In this document: in pieces, positions 48,251-60,498 of the stretch
How positions within the stretch are numbered: position 1 is the stretch's first letter
Layout of the letters: each line of letters opens with the position of its first letter
NCBI GenBank assembly: GCA_030390025.1
Contig: JASTWF010000070.1
Coordinates: 310,001-374,000, forward strand
Direction of reading: 5' to 3'
DNA: 64,000 bases
Source: Squalus acanthias
Taxonomy: Eukaryota
Notes under the pieces: model-generated
Database searches by the model: none
Told to the model about the DNA's origin: nothing
What the model saw: the letters and a program-made list of their open reading frames with translations, nothing else
Program-made: the position numbers and the translations under genes

Positions 48251-51200
48251 AAACTAGGTGTTTAAGAATATTAAAGTTGATAGAAAATAAAAAGACTTGA
48301 ATTTCACCAACACTGGTCGTCCCAAAGCGCTTTACAGCCAATGACTACTTTTTGAAGTGTAGTCACCGTTGTATGTAGGAAACGCAACAGACAATTTGCA
48401 CACAGCATGCTCCCACAAAGACCAATGATATAATGACCAGATCGTATGCTTTTTAGTGATTCTGGATGAGAGATAGATATTGGCCAGGACTCCAGCGTGA
48501 ACTCCCCTGCATTTCCTTGAATTATTGTCGTTGCATCTTTTGCGTCAACCTAATAGGGCAGACAGGGCCTCAGTTTAATGCTTCATCTGAAAGACGGCAG
48601 CTCTGACAGTGCAGCGCTCCCTCAACACTGCACTGGAATGTCAGCCCAGATTTTTGGGCTCAAGTCTCTGGAGTGGGACTTCAACCTACAACCTTCAGAC
48701 TCAAAAGCGAGGGTGCTAGCAACTCCGCCACAGCTGACTCCATTTCGATAGAGAGAACATATTTCATCTGGTGGGGGGGTGGGGGTGGTCCAGAACAAGG
48801 GAGCATAATCTTAAGTTAGAGTCAGGCCGTTCATGGGTGATGTCAGGAAGCACTTCTTCACTAAAAGTGCAGTGAAAATCTGGAACTCCCTCTCCCAAAA
48901 AGCGTTGAGGCTGGGGGTCAATTGAAAATTTCAAAACTGAGATTGATAGATTTTTGTTGGGTAAGCGTATTAAGGGTTAATGAACCAGGAAGGGTAGATG
49001 GAGTTAAGATACAGATCAGCAGTGATCTAATTGAACGGCCTCCACCTGTTCCTATGTTCCTATCGTTTTGCGCTCGCCAGGATTTACGTAGAAGGTATTG
49101 CTTTTTCAAACACCGCTTTGCATATTATAAAGATAATCCAGTGTATCAGTTCGATGGCATTGTGCAACTAACATTAAACAACGAGGACTTTCTGGTCACG
49201 TATTTTCCTGCACTTTTTGCCTTGACTGGTGGCACTGTATAGGCTAGACGGGGAAAGGCTGTTCCCACTAGTTGATGGTACAAGGATTGGGGTCACAGAT
49301 TTAAGGTTTTGGGCAAGAGATACAGGGGGATGTGAGGAAAAATTGTTTTACACAACGAGTGGTGAGGACCTGGAATTCGCTGCCGACGGAAGTGGTGGAA
49401 GCGGAGACACTCAATGTTTTCAAGGGGAGTCTGGAGAGACACTTGAGGGAAATAAACTTGCACAGCTATGGGGATAGAGCAGGGGAATGGAACTGACTGG
49501 ATTGGTCTTCAGAGAGCCGGCACGGACTCGATGGGCCGAATGGCCTCCTTCTGTGCCGTATGACTCTATGACTGTGACTGTAGCACCAGTTAATGGCCAG
49601 TTAGTTGTAAACTTCCCGCACGCAAACATTAAAAAAGTTTTCCTAAATTAGAACAATGTACTAGAAGTTTAGAATCATAGAATCATAGAATGGTTACAGC
49701 ACAGAAGGAGGCCATTCGGCCGATGGAGCCCGTGCCGGCTCGCAACAAGAGCACTTCAGCTAGTCCCACCCCCCGCCCTTTCCCCGTAGTTTTTCCTTCA
49801 AGAACTTATCCAACTCCCTTTCGAAAGCCATGATTGAGTCTGCCTCCACCACCCTTTCAAGCAATGCATTCCAGATCCTACCCACTCGCTGCGTAAAAAA
49901 CATTTTCCTTATGTCGCTTTGTTTCTTTTGCCAATCACCTTAAATCTCTGTACTCTGGTTCTCGACCCTTCCGCCAATGGGAACAGTTTCTCTCTATCTA
50001 CTCTGTCTAGACCCCTCATGATTTTGAACACCTCTATCAAATCTAATCTCAACCTTCTCTGCTCTGAGGAGAACAACTCCAGCTTCTCCAGTCTATCCAT
50101 GTAACTGAAGTCCCTCATCCCTGGAATTGATCAATTGTTATTTTGTAATTAGATTCCGTCATGTTTTTTTGAATGAGAAGAGGATTGCTGATGCTGGATA
50201 CGATAAATATGTGTCCAAACATCCTACCTCCTAATTGGCCAGCAGGTCCCTCAAAGAATTCTTGATTTTAGTGGATATTTATGTTGGCCGCTAGGGGCGC
50301 TGTGTGGCGTGTTTCCATTCAGTGTATATTAAAACCAGGCCCCACCATTCGGAGTACTGTGCATTCTGACCCTTTTACCTTAGGCTAATTAAGTAAACGG
50401 GAGTGATTGATTAACGGTACATTAATTTTGCTTGTTTCTTGAGAGGTTTTGTTCACGCCCGTTATATTTCTGAAATAAAAGATTGGGAAACCGTGTTCTT
50501 CCCCAGATGTGATCCAGTGATTCACACTGAACTAGGATAAGTAAACCACTGCTTGTTCAGATGTTAGCAGCTGTGCAGTTGCTAGCACTCTCGCTTCTTG
50601 ACTTGGAAATTTGAGGGTCCAACTCCCAGTCCAGATTTCAGGATGTCCCAAAACGCTTAGAGACAAGGCATTACTTTTAAAGTGTAGACACTTTTGTAAT
50701 ATAGGAAACGCTGCAGCCATATTGCGCACAGCAAGCTCCCACAAACAGCAACGTTATGGTTTCCAGATAATCTGTTTTAGTGATGTTGGTTGAGGGATAA
50801 ATTTTAACCAGGTGAACACCAGCTCTTCTTCGAAATAGTGCCGTGGGATCTTTTACGTCCACCTGAGAGGGCAGATCGGGCCTCGGCTTAACGTGTCATC
50901 CGAAAGGCGGCACCTCCGACAGTGCGGCGCTCCCTCAGTACTGGCACTGGGTTATCAGCCTGGATTATGTGCTCAAACCTTTGGAGTGAGACTTGAACCC
51001 AGTACCTTTTGACTCAGAGGCGAAGAGGAGAGGTAATTATATTGTGTAACTGCTGAATTGCACACTCTCCAAACAGACATTTCAACCACAAGGCCATTTG
51101 AGGACAGAAAATCCACTACTGAACCGACCAACACCTGGCCATACTTGGGAAGGCCTGAACCCCTCCAATGATATTTGGGAGAAGTTTTCTAAAAATTGTT

Positions 51201-53030
51201 CTTGGGAATAAAATGCAATCTACAATAAATGAATGCCTACCAGTATCTGTACACGTGTGTTTAAAGACAACCTACACCTTGTGCAATAGAAAGTGTTGCA
51301 GAAATCTATTCTATTCGACAATTTGAGAAATATACAGTAATGACACATGGCAGTAAGTCGAAAGTATATTAAGTATAACTGGAAATGTTGGTAACCATGT
51401 TCTGCTGGAGCTTGCTTGATGGTGTAAGGGAGTTGAGGAGAAATTTCCAGAGATCTTTTCTTCTGAAATTTGTTAGCATTACTGGCGTTTGCAAAGGAAG
51501 GTTTACATTCAATGGATATGTTTAGCATTCATTACCTGATGGCAGGAACACACCTTTCTATTAATTCATGATGGTTTTGTGTGTAACCATTGCTTGCATT
51601 TAATTGAAAAATTTGTTGTCGCGAACATTGTTGATTGAATGATGCTTATTCCCCAATTTTTGTTTCCAGAATCATGATTAAGTTTTTAGATGTGTGTGAA
51701 TCACAATATCAAAGCAAAATTGTAAACTATGTCTCATTGTACTTCCTGCGCATGTTCGCTGAGCTATCAGAGAGAGAGAGAAAAAGAGAGAGACAGAGAG
51801 AGAGAGAAAGAGAGAGACAGAGAGAGAGAGTCAGAGAGACACAGTGAGAGAGGGAGAGTTGCTGTAGTTTGCGTCAGGAATTCTATTTGCTGTAGTTCGT
51901 AAAGACTCTTTTTAAATAGACTCTGTAGACTGTTTGCTGTACTGCGCTGCTTAACTAAACTCTGATTGCTGAGCAAATAAACTTTGTTTGCTGTAAAATA
52001 GGCTGTTTGCTGTGAGTCCTGCCTTAAGCCCCAATCCAACTCCAACAACAACAACAACAACTGGTATTTATATAGCGCTTTTAATGTAGTAAATGTCGCA
52101 AGGTGCTTCACAAGAGCATTTTCAGAAAAAAATTACTCCAAGCCACGTAAGAACTAACGATATATTAGCGCAGATAACCAAAAGCTTGGTCAAAGAGGTA
52201 GGTTTTAAGGAGCGTGTTAGAGGAGGAGAGAGAGAGATAGGGAGGTGGAGAGGTTTACGGAGGTAATTCCAGAGCTTAGGGCACAGGCAGCTGAAAGCAC
52301 AGCCGGCAATTGTTGACAGATTATAACTGGGGATGTCCAATAGGCCAGAATTAGAGGAGCACAGATATCTCGGAGGATTGTGGGACTGGAGGAAATTACC
52401 GAGATAGGGATAGTGTGGCCATGGAGGAATTTGAAAACAAGGATGAGACATTTAAAATCGAGGTGTTGCTTACTCGGGAACAAATGTAGTTCAGTTAGCA
52501 CAGGGGTGATGATTGAACAGGTATTGGTTAGAATAAGGACACGGGAAGCCGAGTTTCGGATGACCTCAAGTTTAAGTAGGCTGGAATGTGGGAGGCCGGC
52601 CAGAAGTGCTTTGGAATAGACAAGTCTAGAGGTCACAAAGGCACGGATGAGGGTTTCAGCTGCAGATGAGCTGAGGCAAGGCCGGTGATGGGCGATGTTA
52701 CAGAGGTGGAAATAGGCAGTCTTAGTTATGGTGCAGATATGTGGTCCGAAGATCATCTCAGGGTCAGATATGACAACAAGGTTGTGAACAGTCTGTTTCT
52801 GCCAGGGAGTAGGATGGAATCCATGGCGAGGGAGCGGAATTTGTGCCGGGCACCGAAGACAGTGGCTTCGGTCTTCCCAATATTTAGTTGGTGTAAATTT
52901 CTGCTCATCCAGTGCTGGATGTTGGACAAGCAGTGTGACAATTTAGAGACAGTGGATGGGTCGAGAGAGGTGGTGGTGAGGTAGATCTGACACAGTGGTG
53001 TCAATAGACGCGCTGACTTGGCTATTGGCC

Positions 53031-55120
53031 ATAGAAACATAGGAACATAGAAACATAGGAGCCATTCGGCCCCTCGAGCCTGCTCTGCCATTCAATATGA
53101 TCATGGCTGATCCTGCATCTCAATACCATATTTCCGCTCTCACCCCATAACCCTTGATGCCTTTTGTGTCTAGAAATCAATCTATTTCCTTCTTAAGTAT
53201 ATTCAGTGACTTGGCCTGCACAGCCTTCTGTGGTAGAGAATTCCACAGGTTCATCACCCTCGGAGTGAAGAAATTTCTCCTCATCTCAGTCCTAAATGTC
53301 CTACCCCGTATCCTGAGACTGTGACCCCTCGTTCTAGACCTCCCAGCCAGGGGAAACATCGTCCCTGCATCCAGTCTGTCCAGCCCTGTCAGAATTTTAT
53401 ACGTTTCAATGAGATCCCCGCTCATTCTTCTAAACTCTAGTGAATACAGGCCTAGTCGACCCAATCTCTTATCATACGACAGTCCTGCCATCCCAGGAAT
53501 CAGTCTGGTGAACCTTCGCTGCACTCTCTCTATGGCAAGTATATCCTTTCTTAGACAAGGAGACCAAAACTGCACACAGTACTATCGGTGTGGTCTCACC
53601 AAGGCCCTGTATAACTGTAGTAAGACATCCTTGTTCCTTTACTCAAATCCTCTTGCAATGAAGGCCAACATACCATTTCCCTTTCTAACTGCTTGCTGCA
53701 CCTGCTTGTTTGCTTTCAGTGACTGGTGTAGAAGGACATCCAGGTCCCTTTGTACATCAACATTTCCCAATCTATCACTACTTAAATAATAATCTGCCTT
53801 TCTGTTTGTCGTACCGAAGTGGATAACTTCACATTTATCCACCTGCATCTGCCATGTATTTGCCCACTCACTCAACTTGTCTAAATCGCCTTGAAGGCTC
53901 TTTAAATCCTCCTCACAACTCACAATCCCATTTAGTTTCGTGTCGTCAGCATACTTGGAAATATTACATTTGGTTCCCTCATCCAAATCATTGATATATA
54001 TTGTGAATAGCTGGGGTCCAAGCACTAATCCCTGCGGTACCCCACTAGTCACTGCCTGCCACCCCGAAAAAGACCCAATTAGTCCAACTCTCTGATTCCT
54101 CTCTGTTAACCAATTTTCTATCCATGCCAGTATATTACCCCCAGTTCCACGAGCTTTAATTCTGCACACATTAGCTCTTATGTAAGACTTTATCAAAGAC
54201 CTTCTGAAAATCCAAATACACCACATCCACTGGTTTTCCCTAATCTATTCTACCAGTTACATCCTCAAAAAACTCCAGTAGGTTTGTGAAACACGATTTT
54301 CCTTTCATAAATCCATGTTGACTTTGTCTAATCCCATTGATATTTTCTAAGTGTCCTGTTATCATATCCTTTATAATAGACTCTAGCATTTTCCCTACTA
54401 CTGATGTTAGGCTAACCGGTCTTAGTTCCCTGTTTTCTCTCTCCCTCCTTTTTTAAACAGTGAGGTTACAATTGCTACCCTCCAATCTGCAGGAACTGTT
54501 CCATAATCTGTAGAATTTTGGAAGATGACAAACAATGCATCCACTATTTCCATGGCTACCTCTTTTAGTACTCTGGGATGCAAATTATCAGGCCCTGGGG
54601 ATTTATCAGCTTTCAGTCCCATTAATTTCCCCAGCGCTATTATTTTACGAATACTAACTTCCTTTAATTCCTCCTTCTGACTAGACCCTTCGTTCCCTAG
54701 CATTTCTGGGAAGTTATTTGTGTCCTCTTCCGTGAAGACAGAACAAAAGTATTTGTTTACTTGCTTTCCACTTCCTTGTTACTCATTATAAATTCTCCCG
54801 TTTGTGACTGTAAGCGACCTAAATTTGTCTTCACTAATCTTTTTTATTTTTACATAATTGTAGAAGCTTTCACAGTCCGCTTTTATGTTCCTTGCAATTT
54901 TGCTCTCATACTCTATTTTTCCCCTCTTACACAATCTCTTGGTCCTTTTTTGCTGAATTCTAAAATGTTCCCAATCCTCAGCCTTGCTACTTTTTCTAAC
55001 AACTTTATATGACTCCTCTTTGGATCTAATACTATCCTTAGTTTCTTTTGTTAGCCATGGTTGGGCCGCTTTTCCTTTTGTGTTTTTGCGTCAGAATGGA
55101 GTGTCCAACTGTTGCATTCT
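53031..55120 (-). mobile_element. ~2.1-kb 5'-truncated CR1 LINE insertion specific to cassette 2
   Basis: RT remnants (KSPGPDNLHPRVLKE, SGVPQG, KYADDTKL); (ATAGAAAC)n tail; the empty site is at ~12980 in cassette 1. Confidence 0.88.
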
Positions 55121-56429
55121 GTGTGGAACTACAGTTACCAAGGTGCAGTGCGCTGTGTGGCCAGTGCTCTGCAATGATTGATTCTCCATTCAGCCGTGTC
55201 ACTGTTAGCAGTGACAAAGCTCTTGGTCCCTGTGCAAGGTTGAGAGAGCAGCTCCAGTCAAAGCACAAAAGCCCCTTTACTAATTTTAACAGACCAGAGG
55301 AATCAGTGATCAGTTCAAGCGCAGAAACAGAACCAAGCGCCTGGGCTTCACCGAAAAGCCCCTTGTCCAGGTGAGAACTCAGTGCCGGCTGCTCCCGGGG
55401 GCAAGTTTCCCTCCGGCCGCTCTGTGTGTTTTTCTAAGAAACAGGGAAATATCTAACTTCACAGTTACATAATTCAAATATTTATTTATGAAACAAAAAA
55501 ATATTATTCCTTTGACGCTAATAGCTCGAGCCAACCCATTTATTAACAATTCAATGCATTTTCTTTCGCCCTCAACTAACTGACACCAACCAGCTTCAAT
55601 CTGACTTTTAAAAACATGAACCAAGACTCAGTGTGGGGAGTTAGGGATTGACTCCAAACAGGGGAAGTGTTCAACATCACAGAGCCCCAGAAACAACTGA
55701 CCCCGCCGCTTAATAATTCAACTGGAACAGGGTTTAAAACGGGAACTGCGCACATTAATCGGACTCGCAGTAAATTATAGGCAAGGTGACATTTTATTAA
55801 TATTGTGCCGAGTTTTATTTGCCCTCCTGAGTTTTAATTGGGCGACTCAGACTATAATAGAACAACTTCTCTTGAATCCGGGGCAGGATGTAAAATGCCG
55901 CTTTCTTCTCCTCTTTCTCATTCATCTAATTCGCTCTATACTCCACCTGAGGAATATTCTCATCAGAAATATATTTACAGACTGAAGCCCAAATCATATT
56001 TCTCAATTGAAACACCAATTTCAAAGAAATTGACAAATTCAGGGTTGTTTTGCTGCTGATTTAGAGAAAGGGACATCAGTCTATTGTGAAATATTTATTT
56101 TAGGGGGAAAAGATTATATTAAAATCTGATGCAGTATATCAGAGAGTAAGAGCGCGTTATCAGAACGATTCCGGCCGAAGTGCATCAGCTGATCTGTATC
56201 TCTACAATCCGCCCCTCATTTTTCTGGGATAGAACACAGACTAAATATTCATTAAACGCCAAAATCTTCGAAATCTTGGAATCTTCGCTTAGCAGATACT
56301 CCAATTGGAGTTTAAACATTTTTAAGTGAAAGGTTTACGATTCTAATAATTTAGTCAGGCACAAATTGATTTAAATAAAAATCCCGAATTAAAAATCTGC
56401 CTCCTTCCTTTTCCTGGCCCCTCCCAGCC

Positions 56430-56452
56430 ATTTGCATACCGGGTAATAAATA
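56430..56452 (+). promoter_or_regulatory. IgL promoter: octamer plus TATA-like box
   Basis: ATTTGCAT at 56430-56437, followed by TAATAAATA. Confidence 0.85.
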
Positions 56453-56569
56453 GACCCGGAGTCTCGGGTTTGCAGACACTGTAACCGGACCGGGTCCCGT
56501 AGTTTACAGGAACAGCGGACGGTTCAGTCAGAAATTTGAGCGGTGGCTTTTGGCGCTTCTCCGGACGAA

Positions 56570-56618
56570 ATGGCTCCAGCGATGCATCTCCTGTGGGCTC
56601 TGTTGATTCATTTAACAG
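56570..56618 (+). CDS. IgL: IgL cassette 2 leader exon
   Basis: MAPAMHLLWALLIHLT-G, then gtgag donor. Confidence 0.9.
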
Positions 56619-56770
56619 GTGAGACACGGATGGTTTTAGTCACGGGTTTATCCGCAACTAAATCGGTTCAATACGGAGAATCGGGCGGTTTTCTCTCCAT
56701 GTTTATTGAGGCATTAACATCCTATTTGCTCCAAGTCTCTGAATGTGTTAATTTTTTTCTTTTATTGAAG

Positions 56771-57124
56771 GTGTCCTGGCGGTTCCCGTCGTCAATCAGT
56801 CCCCAATATCCGATCCTGTCTCCGCGTGTCAGACCGCCCGGTTACAGTGTGCGACGCAGAACTGGGTAGTGAGCAGCAACAGCGTGTGGTGGTACCGACA
56901 GCGACCCGGGGAAGCTCCGGTGTGGGTGATATATCACAAGCATGATGGCACCATCAAACGAGGCACCGGCTTCACAGACCGTTTTCAACCTTCCAGAGAC
57001 GCCTCCGGTAACAGTTACATTCTGACCATCGGAACCCTGGTGCCCGGTGACTCCGCCGTCTATTACTGTGCTGTCTGGGACACGGGATACTTCTTCGGAC
57101 CGGGGACCGCCCTGAGTATAAAGA
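56771..57124 (+). CDS. IgL: IgL cassette 2 germline-joined VJ exon (type I/NS5), intact
   Basis: GVLAVPVVNQSPISDPVSACQTARLQCATQNWVVSSNSVWWYRQRPGEAPVWVIYHKHDGTIKRGTGFTDRFQPSRDASGNSYILTIGTLVPGDSAVYYCAVWDTGYFFGPGTALSIK, then gtaagt donor. Confidence 0.94.
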
Positions 57125-60100
57125 GTAAGTGACTCTCTCATTCTATCATTCACATTGTTTCAATTATTATTAATTTACAGTCGCTTTCATTCCCGGGCGC
57201 CAGAGAAATCTCCATTCACTGAATTTTGATGTTGGATCTATTTATACCCCAAAAATGTTAAACTGGTCAGAATTGGAATTGTTGAAGCGCCTCGGGGAAT
57301 AATACTGCGCTGAAATGAAGTTTGACACTATTTCCCCATTCAATAGGGGAGATGACGAGAAGTGTTATTTGTACGCAGCCAGTTGTTGTGATCTGGAATG
57401 CGCTGCCTGAAAGGGCGGTGGAAGCAGAGTGAATAGTAACTTTCAAAAGTGAATTGGATAAATACTTGAAAAGGATAAATGCAGGGCTTTAGGGAAAGAG
57501 CAGGTCAGTGGGAATAATTGGATAGCTCTATTCAAAGAGCCGGCACAAGCACGATGGGCTGAATATCCTACAGGAGCATTGATTGATAAAATAGTGACAG
57601 AGGAACAGGAGGAGGCCAGTCAGCCTCGCGAGCCTGTGTGAAAAAGTGCTTCCCTCCTAAATGGCCGGGCTCTAATTTTAAGTTGATGTCCCCTGGTTTT
57701 TGATTCCCCGACCGGAGGAAATCGTTTCTCTGTGTTTACCCGATCGAATTCTTTTTCACATTTTAAACTCCTTGATCAGATCACCCCTGAATCTTCTAAA
57801 CTCAAGGGAATACAAGGCAAGTTTATGCAACACGGCCAAGTAATTTTACCGTCTAAGCCCCGGTATCATTCGGGTGCGGCTAGAGAAAGAGAGAGAAAGA
57901 GCGCAAAGTTGTGAGCTACACTGTGAAAATCTGACAGTGGACACTGAATATGTCACTATGTTACACTGAGACTTTAACAGGTGAAAATTGCAGGGCTCTG
58001 GGGAAAGAGCAGGGGAGTGGGACTAATTGGAGAGCTCCTTCAAAGAGCCGGCACAGGCACGATGGGCCGAATGGCCTCCTTCTGTGCTGTATGATTCTAT
58101 GTTATTCCTTACTTCTTCTCTTAGTGTATGCGGAATTACTCCTATTGTCCAGAGTCGGCACCGTCCGATTTTAAATAGATTGCATGAAGCCGGCGGGAGA
58201 GACCCCGGGGCAATCCCAACCCATTTACCGTCATTTACAATTTTCAATGTTGCTGCTGGTTTTATTGCTGTGGCGTATTGTCCCCCTGACAGCAGCCGTC
58301 GGGTGTCAGGCTCTGGGCTGGGAGAGAGAGAACCCTCCCGAGACCCGCTGTCCCAGCACACAACCAGTTGGATCGACTCCCTGTCGCCAGCAACACCGGG
58401 ACTAATAGGGATTGTATTCGTTTAACGGGATTGATTTTATTCTGAATTTCCTGTTCCGATATTTAATCTGTCTGAGCTCATTATTTGCAATCTCCCCGCT
58501 GTTTATAGAGCAGAACCGGCGCTTTGCCATGGAGCGGGGCAGTGACAATTACTGACCAGCCCCGTGTGTGTGAGTGAGATTGGGTGAGGCTTGTTAAAGG
58601 GAACTTTCTCTCCATCTGATTCTCTCGCTGCTGACCCTCTCCACTCCCCCAGGCTGTGTCTGCTGTCTCTCCCTGTCCAGTGTCCCCCCGGTGATAGCGC
58701 CGATTCTCCTGGGTTGATCTGTCGGGTCGCGCTACCGCCCAGTGTTGAACGGATCGCTCCGGGACCAGCGAGACTGAGCTGATCCCGAGATAGAAATCAG
58801 TTCACCCGCAGGAATCCGTACTTGCCTCTGTAGCGAGAATCTTTTACATTCTCTGGTTCTATTTTTACTAGAAATATCGAAGAGTGAAAACCTTTCATCA
58901 AACCGGGGAAAGAGAAGGCTGAAGGGTGACCGAATAGAGGTCTTTAAAATTATGAAACATTTTGACAGAGTAGACACAGAGAGAATGTTTCCACTGGTGG
59001 GGAAGATCAAAACTAGGAGCCATCAATATAAGATCACACCAATAAATCAAATAGGGATTTTTTTACCCAGAGAGTGGTGAGAATGTGGAATTCGCTACAA
59101 CACGGATTGATTGAGGAGAATAGTATAGATTTAAGGGGAGGCTAGATAAACACATGAGGGAGAAGGGAATAGAGGGATATGCTGATAGAGTTAGATGTGG
59201 AAGGTTGGGAGGAGGCTGGAGTGGAGCATAAACGCCGACATGGATTGGTTGGGACGTTTGTCTGTTTATGTGCTGCATATTCTGTGTAATTCCATGTAAA
59301 GCATTTAGAATATTGTTATGCAGAGTCACTACATTAATTGCCAGCCCGTGTAATGTCCTCTCTTTATTCAGTGAGCTCTTCAATACCCGGTAACAGACCC
59401 GGCTTAATTAGCATCGCCGCAAAATTTAAAGCAGATCAGTTTCTAACTCGCAATTCTAAAATAATATGAATCGCAAAAAAACTTCCGGGCTCTTATAGAA
59501 TGATACAGCACGGAAGGAGGCCATTCGGCCCATCGTGCCTGTGGCGGCTTATTGAAAGGTCTGCATCTGTTTGAGATATCAGAACATAATGTGGACTCTC
59601 GGTGAAAAGCGGCTCACAGCTCCGTGAATTCACCTCTTTAAAGTTAACACTGAACGGATTTTAAGACAATCAAAAGCTTTATTATATTGAAGTAAAAAGC
59701 AAAAAAAACTGCAATTACAGGAAATTAAATAAAAACAGAGAATGCTGTGAATACACGGCCGGTCTGTTAGTTTCTGGAACGAGAACAGACAGGTTAGTGC
59801 GGTTCCGGGGGTGTAACCTGCACCTGAACTGGTCAGTTACTGATCTTTCCGCCTCACACATCCTGACTGACCCGGACTGTATTTACAGCATTTTATGTTT
59901 ATTTTCCAAAAAATTCAGGAAGAATGAAATAAAGAAAGAAAGAATGAAGTACTTTTGAACCAAGTCACTGTTGTAATGTAGGCAGATGAATTGGCAGAGG
60001 AGCAGAGGACTTAGAGATTTAAGAATTTATTGGAACTCCTGTATTAATCAGTAATTTATTTTTAAGTGAATGTTGTTCGGGCTTCTTTGTCGTCTTTGAT

Positions 60101-60169
60101 TTCAGATCAGAGCGTCCCACTGCTGACGGATTCCATAAACTAATGAATTTTCTCTCCCCCCACACTCAG

Positions 60170-60498
60170 GCAGCGAGGATCAAAGCCCCTCGGTTCTTCT
60201 CCTCCCTCCCTCCTCGGAAGAAATCGGCTCGGGATCGGCCACTCTGTCCTGCCTGGTGAGTCGCTTTAAGCCGGGTTTGGTGCAGCTCCGCTGGAGCGTG
60301 GATGGCCAAGAGACAGACAGCGGGGTGACGACAGGCGCCGTGTCCCCGGACAGCGATCAAACCTACAGCCTGAGCAGTTACCTGAGAGTCCCCGCCGCCG
60401 CCTGGAACAAGGGCTCCAGCTATTCCTGCAGCGTCAGCCACGGCTCCCTGAGCTCGCCTCTTCTCAAGACCATCAGCGCCTCCTCGTGTTCCGACTGA
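60170..60498 (+). CDS. IgL: IgL cassette 2 constant exon
   Basis: 329-nt exon SSEDQSPSVLLLPPSSEE...KTISASSCSD*; AATAAA at 60806-60811. Confidence 0.93.
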
